From the NCBI GenBank assembly GCA_049472315.1, contig JBLIRN010000054.1:1-18213 (forward strand): a stretch of 18,213 nt of DNA, given 5' to 3'. The notes beneath the pieces are model-generated. The model was not told where the DNA came from and ran no database searches. It saw nothing but the letters and a program-made list of their open reading frames with translations. This stretch comes from a bacterium (GTDB lineage: Bacteria > SZUA-182 > DTGQ01 > JAFGSM01). The position numbers were made by a program, and so were the translations under genes. Shown here piece after piece: positions 15,152-18,213 of the stretch (the stretch's first letter is position 1; each line of letters opens with the position of its first letter).

Positions 15152-18100
15152 ATGAATATGCTAATACAATATATGAAGCCGCAATATGATAGATCAACAT
15201 ATTCAATATGTTTTACCATAATAATATTCCTGATGTTCCTCCTGGTGCCGCCGGAGGCCCCGGCCCAGATCACCCTCGACGGCACCCTCGGGCCGCACGG
15301 CCCCCTCGAAGGACCCGATTATCTCATCACCCATGCCATGGGGGAGCAGGTGGGCGGAAACCTCTTCCACAGCTTTGGCGAGTTCAACGTGCACACCGGT
15401 GAGACCGCGACCTTCACCGGTCCCGGCAGCGTGGAAAACATCATCGGCAGGGTCACCGGTGGAAGCGCATCCCTGATAGACGGCCTTGTCAGCTCCGCCA
15501 TTCCCGGTGCGGACCTCTTCCTCATCAATCCGAGCGGCATGCTGTTCGGACCAAATGCTCTACTGGACATCAGCGGTTCCTTTTATGCGAGCACCGCCGG
15601 TTACCTGCGCCTCGGGGAATCGGGCCGATTCGATGCAGCACACCCTGCAACGAGCCTGCTCAGCATCGCCCCGCCGAGTGCCTTCGGCTTCCCGGACGGC
15701 ATGCCGGAAGGGATTGCCGTTGAGGGGAGTTTTCTGCAGGTTCCCGAAGGGGAGACCCTTTCCCTGGTGGGAGGGGATATCCGCATAGAGGAGGGGATCC
15801 TCTACACGGAGGAGGGGGGCATAGGGATTGCCAGTGTTGCATCAGGGGGTGAGGCCCTTCTGGAGGGGCACGATATCCGCCTTGAGTCCTCCAGCCTGGG
15901 GAGCATCGAGCTTGCCGGGTATTCCTATGTGTCCGTTGCCGGTTCAGGAGGGGCAGGGATATTTATACGGGGGGGACGGTTCGTGGTGAGTGATTCCATG
16001 GTGTCTGCGATGGTCGAGGGGGATGAGGCAGAGGGGTGCATCGACATCCGGGTACAGGACGAGGTGCGGATCACCGAGGCCGGTGAAATCACCAGCTTCG
16101 GCATCGATGAGGGGAGGGGGAGCCCCATCGTCATCGATGCCGGGAGGGTGGTGATTGAGGACGACGGAAGCATCAACAGCGCCTGCGACGGTCAGGCCCT
16201 CGGCGGGGACATCGCCATAACCGCCGGCGAATCCATCCGTGTCACAGGAGGGGACTATGCGGAAAGCGGCATCTACACGTGGACGGAAGGGGAGGGGGAT
16301 GCAGGCTCCCTTACCATCTCATCACCCTCCGTCACTGTAACGGACGATGCGGTGATATCCGGGGGGACCTACGACGAGGGTGCAGGCCCCCGCATCGCCG
16401 TCCAGGCGGATACCGTGGTCCTCGACGGGGGAGGAACCATCGAGAACTGCTCATACGGATCGGGAAGGGGCGGAGATATCGCCATCCAATCCTCCGGGGA
16501 GACCTCCATCAGCGGCTACGGTGAATACCGGAGCGGCATATACGCCCAGGCCTATGACGAGGGAGATGCCGGGGATATTTCCCTTGACTGCGGATCACTT
16601 GCCATTATCAGGGAGGGGATCATAACCGGCGAGACCGACGAATACGCCTATGGCAGGGGCGCGGATATCGCCATTTCCGTGCAACAGTTGGAGATAACCG
16701 AGGGAGGTGCAATTTCGGTCGCCACCTACGGTCCGGGCAGGGGCGGGGAGGTGCGTATCCAGGCCGAGGAATCCGTTTTCATCGCCCATCCTGGAGAGTT
16801 CTCTTCCCCCGGAATAGGGGCGGAAACCTGGGGCTCGGGGGATGCGGGGTTGATCGCCATTGAGACCCCGCTCCTAACCATCGCCGACGGCGGGGAGGTG
16901 AGCGGGATCACCCAGGCGGAAGGAACGGGCGCCTATGTTCTGATCGATGCAGGCCGGGTGTCCATCACCGACGGGTATGTCACATCGAGCTGTCTGGAGG
17001 GCGCCTCGGGAAACAGCGGCGGCATAGTGATCAGGGCATCGGAACAAGTCCTCATCTCATCCCTGGCCGAATCAGGGGATTCCGTGTCGGGCATATTCAG
17101 CATGACCGGCGGGCACGGGGATGCAGGGGGGATCAGCGTGTCCGCGCCCGTGGTAAGGGTGGAAAACGGTGCCGAGATAGGTGCCTCCACCGCCTTCGGC
17201 ACCGGAAGGGCAGGGGATATAGCCTTGAGCACCGGCTCCCTGGAGATCGCCGAAGGAGGCAGGATCAACAGCAGCAGCGAGGGAACCGGGCAGGGCGGCA
17301 TGATCAGCATGAACAGCGCAGAATCGATCCGTATCGAGGGGGGAAGGATCATGGCCCTGGCAGATGATGACGGTGATGCCGGAAGAATCGAGATTGTCTC
17401 GCCATGCCTTGTCGTTTCGGATGGAGGCGCTATCGAAACCCTCGCATCGGGGCAGGGCATCGGTCAGGCAGGGGAGATACTGATCGATGTGGGATGCTTA
17501 TTACTAACCGATGGCGGCATGATCAATAGCTCCACCCTGGGTGCGGGCCGGGGGGGAGACATAGGGATCCGTGCATCCGGGTCCGCCTCCATCCTCGCAG
17601 GGGATGACCCAGGTCACCATACCGGGATCTTCAGCATGGCCGCTGCGGAGGGCGATGCAGGGGACATAGGGGTAAGCGCGCCATCCCTGCGCCTCGAGGG
17701 TGACGGATCATGCATCATGGCGTCCACCGTGGGAAATGGCCGGGGAGGGGAGATCCGGGTCGACGCAGGGAGACTCCACATCTACAATGGCGCCCAGATC
17801 ATGGCGGACAGCGGTGGGACCGGGGATGCCGGCGCCATTCGCATCCGGGTGACTGATATTGTGCATTGTGAACACGGCCTTGTGACCACCGAGGCATCGG
17901 CTGCGGAGGGAGGGGATATCCGGATCGATGGCGGACCGCTTCTCCATCTCATTCACGGGGGCATCACCGCGACCGTGACAGGGGGCTCGGGAAACGGTGG
18001 GAACATCGATATGCAGGCGCGTTCCGCTGTCCTGGAAAAAAGCAGGATCATTGCCAATGCAGAGGGGGGAAGGGGAGGAAATATACGTATCGTTTCGGGT

Positions 18101-18213
18101 CTGTTCATCGCATCCCCCGAAAGCACCGTGAGCGCCTCCTCCCGCCTGGGGATCGACGGCCTGGTGGAGATCGACGCCCCTTGTATTGACGTGGGCAGCC
18201 ATATGGTGTCGCT
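15152..18213 (+). CDS. TpsA filamentous-haemagglutinin-like exoprotein, partial (>1000 aa, runs off the window)
   Basis: Hand-translated, open to the end: signal peptide ...PEAPA/QITLDGTLG, TPS-domain motifs NLFHSFGEFNV, NIIGRVTGG, LFLINPSGMLFG, then beta-helix-type G(D/R)(A/G)GxIxI repeats. GGAG before ATG 15152; in-frame ATGs also at 15113 and 15140. Absent from the ORF track because there is no stop in the window. Confidence 0.93.
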   Translation, partial: MNMLIQYMKPQYDRSTYSICFTIIIFLMFLLVPPEAPAQITLDGTLGPHGPLEGPDYLITHAMGEQVGGNLFHSFGEFNVHTGETATFTGPGSVENIIGRVTGGSASLIDGLVSSAIPGADLFLINPSGMLFGPNALLDISGSFYASTAGYLRLGESGRFDAAHPATSLLSIAPPSAFGFPDGMPEGIAVEGSFLQVPEGETLSLVGGDIRIEEGILYTEEGGIGIASVASGGEALLEGHDIRLESSSLGSIELAGYSYVSVAGSGGAGIFIRGGRFVVSDSMVSAMVEGDEAEGCIDIRVQDEVRITEAGEITSFGIDEGRGSPIVIDAGRVVIEDDGSINSACDGQALGGDIAITAGESIRVTGGDYAESGIYTWTEGEGDAGSLTISSPSVTVTDDAVISGGTYDEGAGPRIAVQADTVVLDGGGTIENCSYGSGRGGDIAIQSSGETSISGYGEYRSGIYAQAYDEGDAGDISLDCGSLAIIREGIITGETDEYAYGRGADIAISVQQLEITEGGAISVATYGPGRGGEVRIQAEESVFIAHPGEFSSPGIGAETWGSGDAGLIAIETPLLTIADGGEVSGITQAEGTGAYVLIDAGRVSITDGYVTSSCLEGASGNSGGIVIRASEQVLISSLAESGDSVSGIFSMTGGHGDAGGISVSAPVVRVENGAEIGASTAFGTGRAGDIALSTGSLEIAEGGRINSSSEGTGQGGMISMNSAESIRIEGGRIMALADDDGDAGRIEIVSPCLVVSDGGAIETLASGQGIGQAGEILIDVGCLLLTDGGMINSSTLGAGRGGDIGIRASGSASILAGDDPGHHTGIFSMAAAEGDAGDIGVSAPSLRLEGDGSCIMASTVGNGRGGEIRVDAGRLHIYNGAQIMADSGGTGDAGAIRIRVTDIVHCEHGLVTTEASAAEGGDIRIDGGPLLHLIHGGITATVTGGSGNGGNIDMQARSAVLEKSRIIANAEGGRGGNIRIVSGLFIASPESTVSASSRLGIDGLVEIDAPCIDVGSHMVS

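Overview
GC-rich bacterial region of cell-envelope and export genes, probably from an anaerobic diderm. The heme-motif sensor kinase and sigma-54 promoter resemble Desulfobacterota, but taxonomy is inference only. Minus strand, left to right: a partial AT-rich membrane-protein gene, an MltD-like lytic transglycosylase with a repetitive and apparently frameshifted C-terminal tail, dgkA, an orphan sensor kinase with two CxxCH motifs behind a sigma-54 promoter, and a membrane fusion protein (MFP)-RND pump-small membrane protein operon. Then comes a stand-alone 221-aa exported protein whose 126-residue core is only Gly/Met/Tyr/Leu (17 x MYGG). It has a perfect TTGACA-N17-TATAAT promoter, a ~200-nt leader and a strong terminator. 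Plus strand: a LarE-family PP-loop sulfur insertase and a two-partner secretion pair (TpsB plus a filamentous-haemagglutinin-like TpsA that runs off the window and is missing from the ORF track). The MYGG-repeat protein unit is the most unusual feature. No rRNA, tRNA, CRISPR array or transposase was seen.
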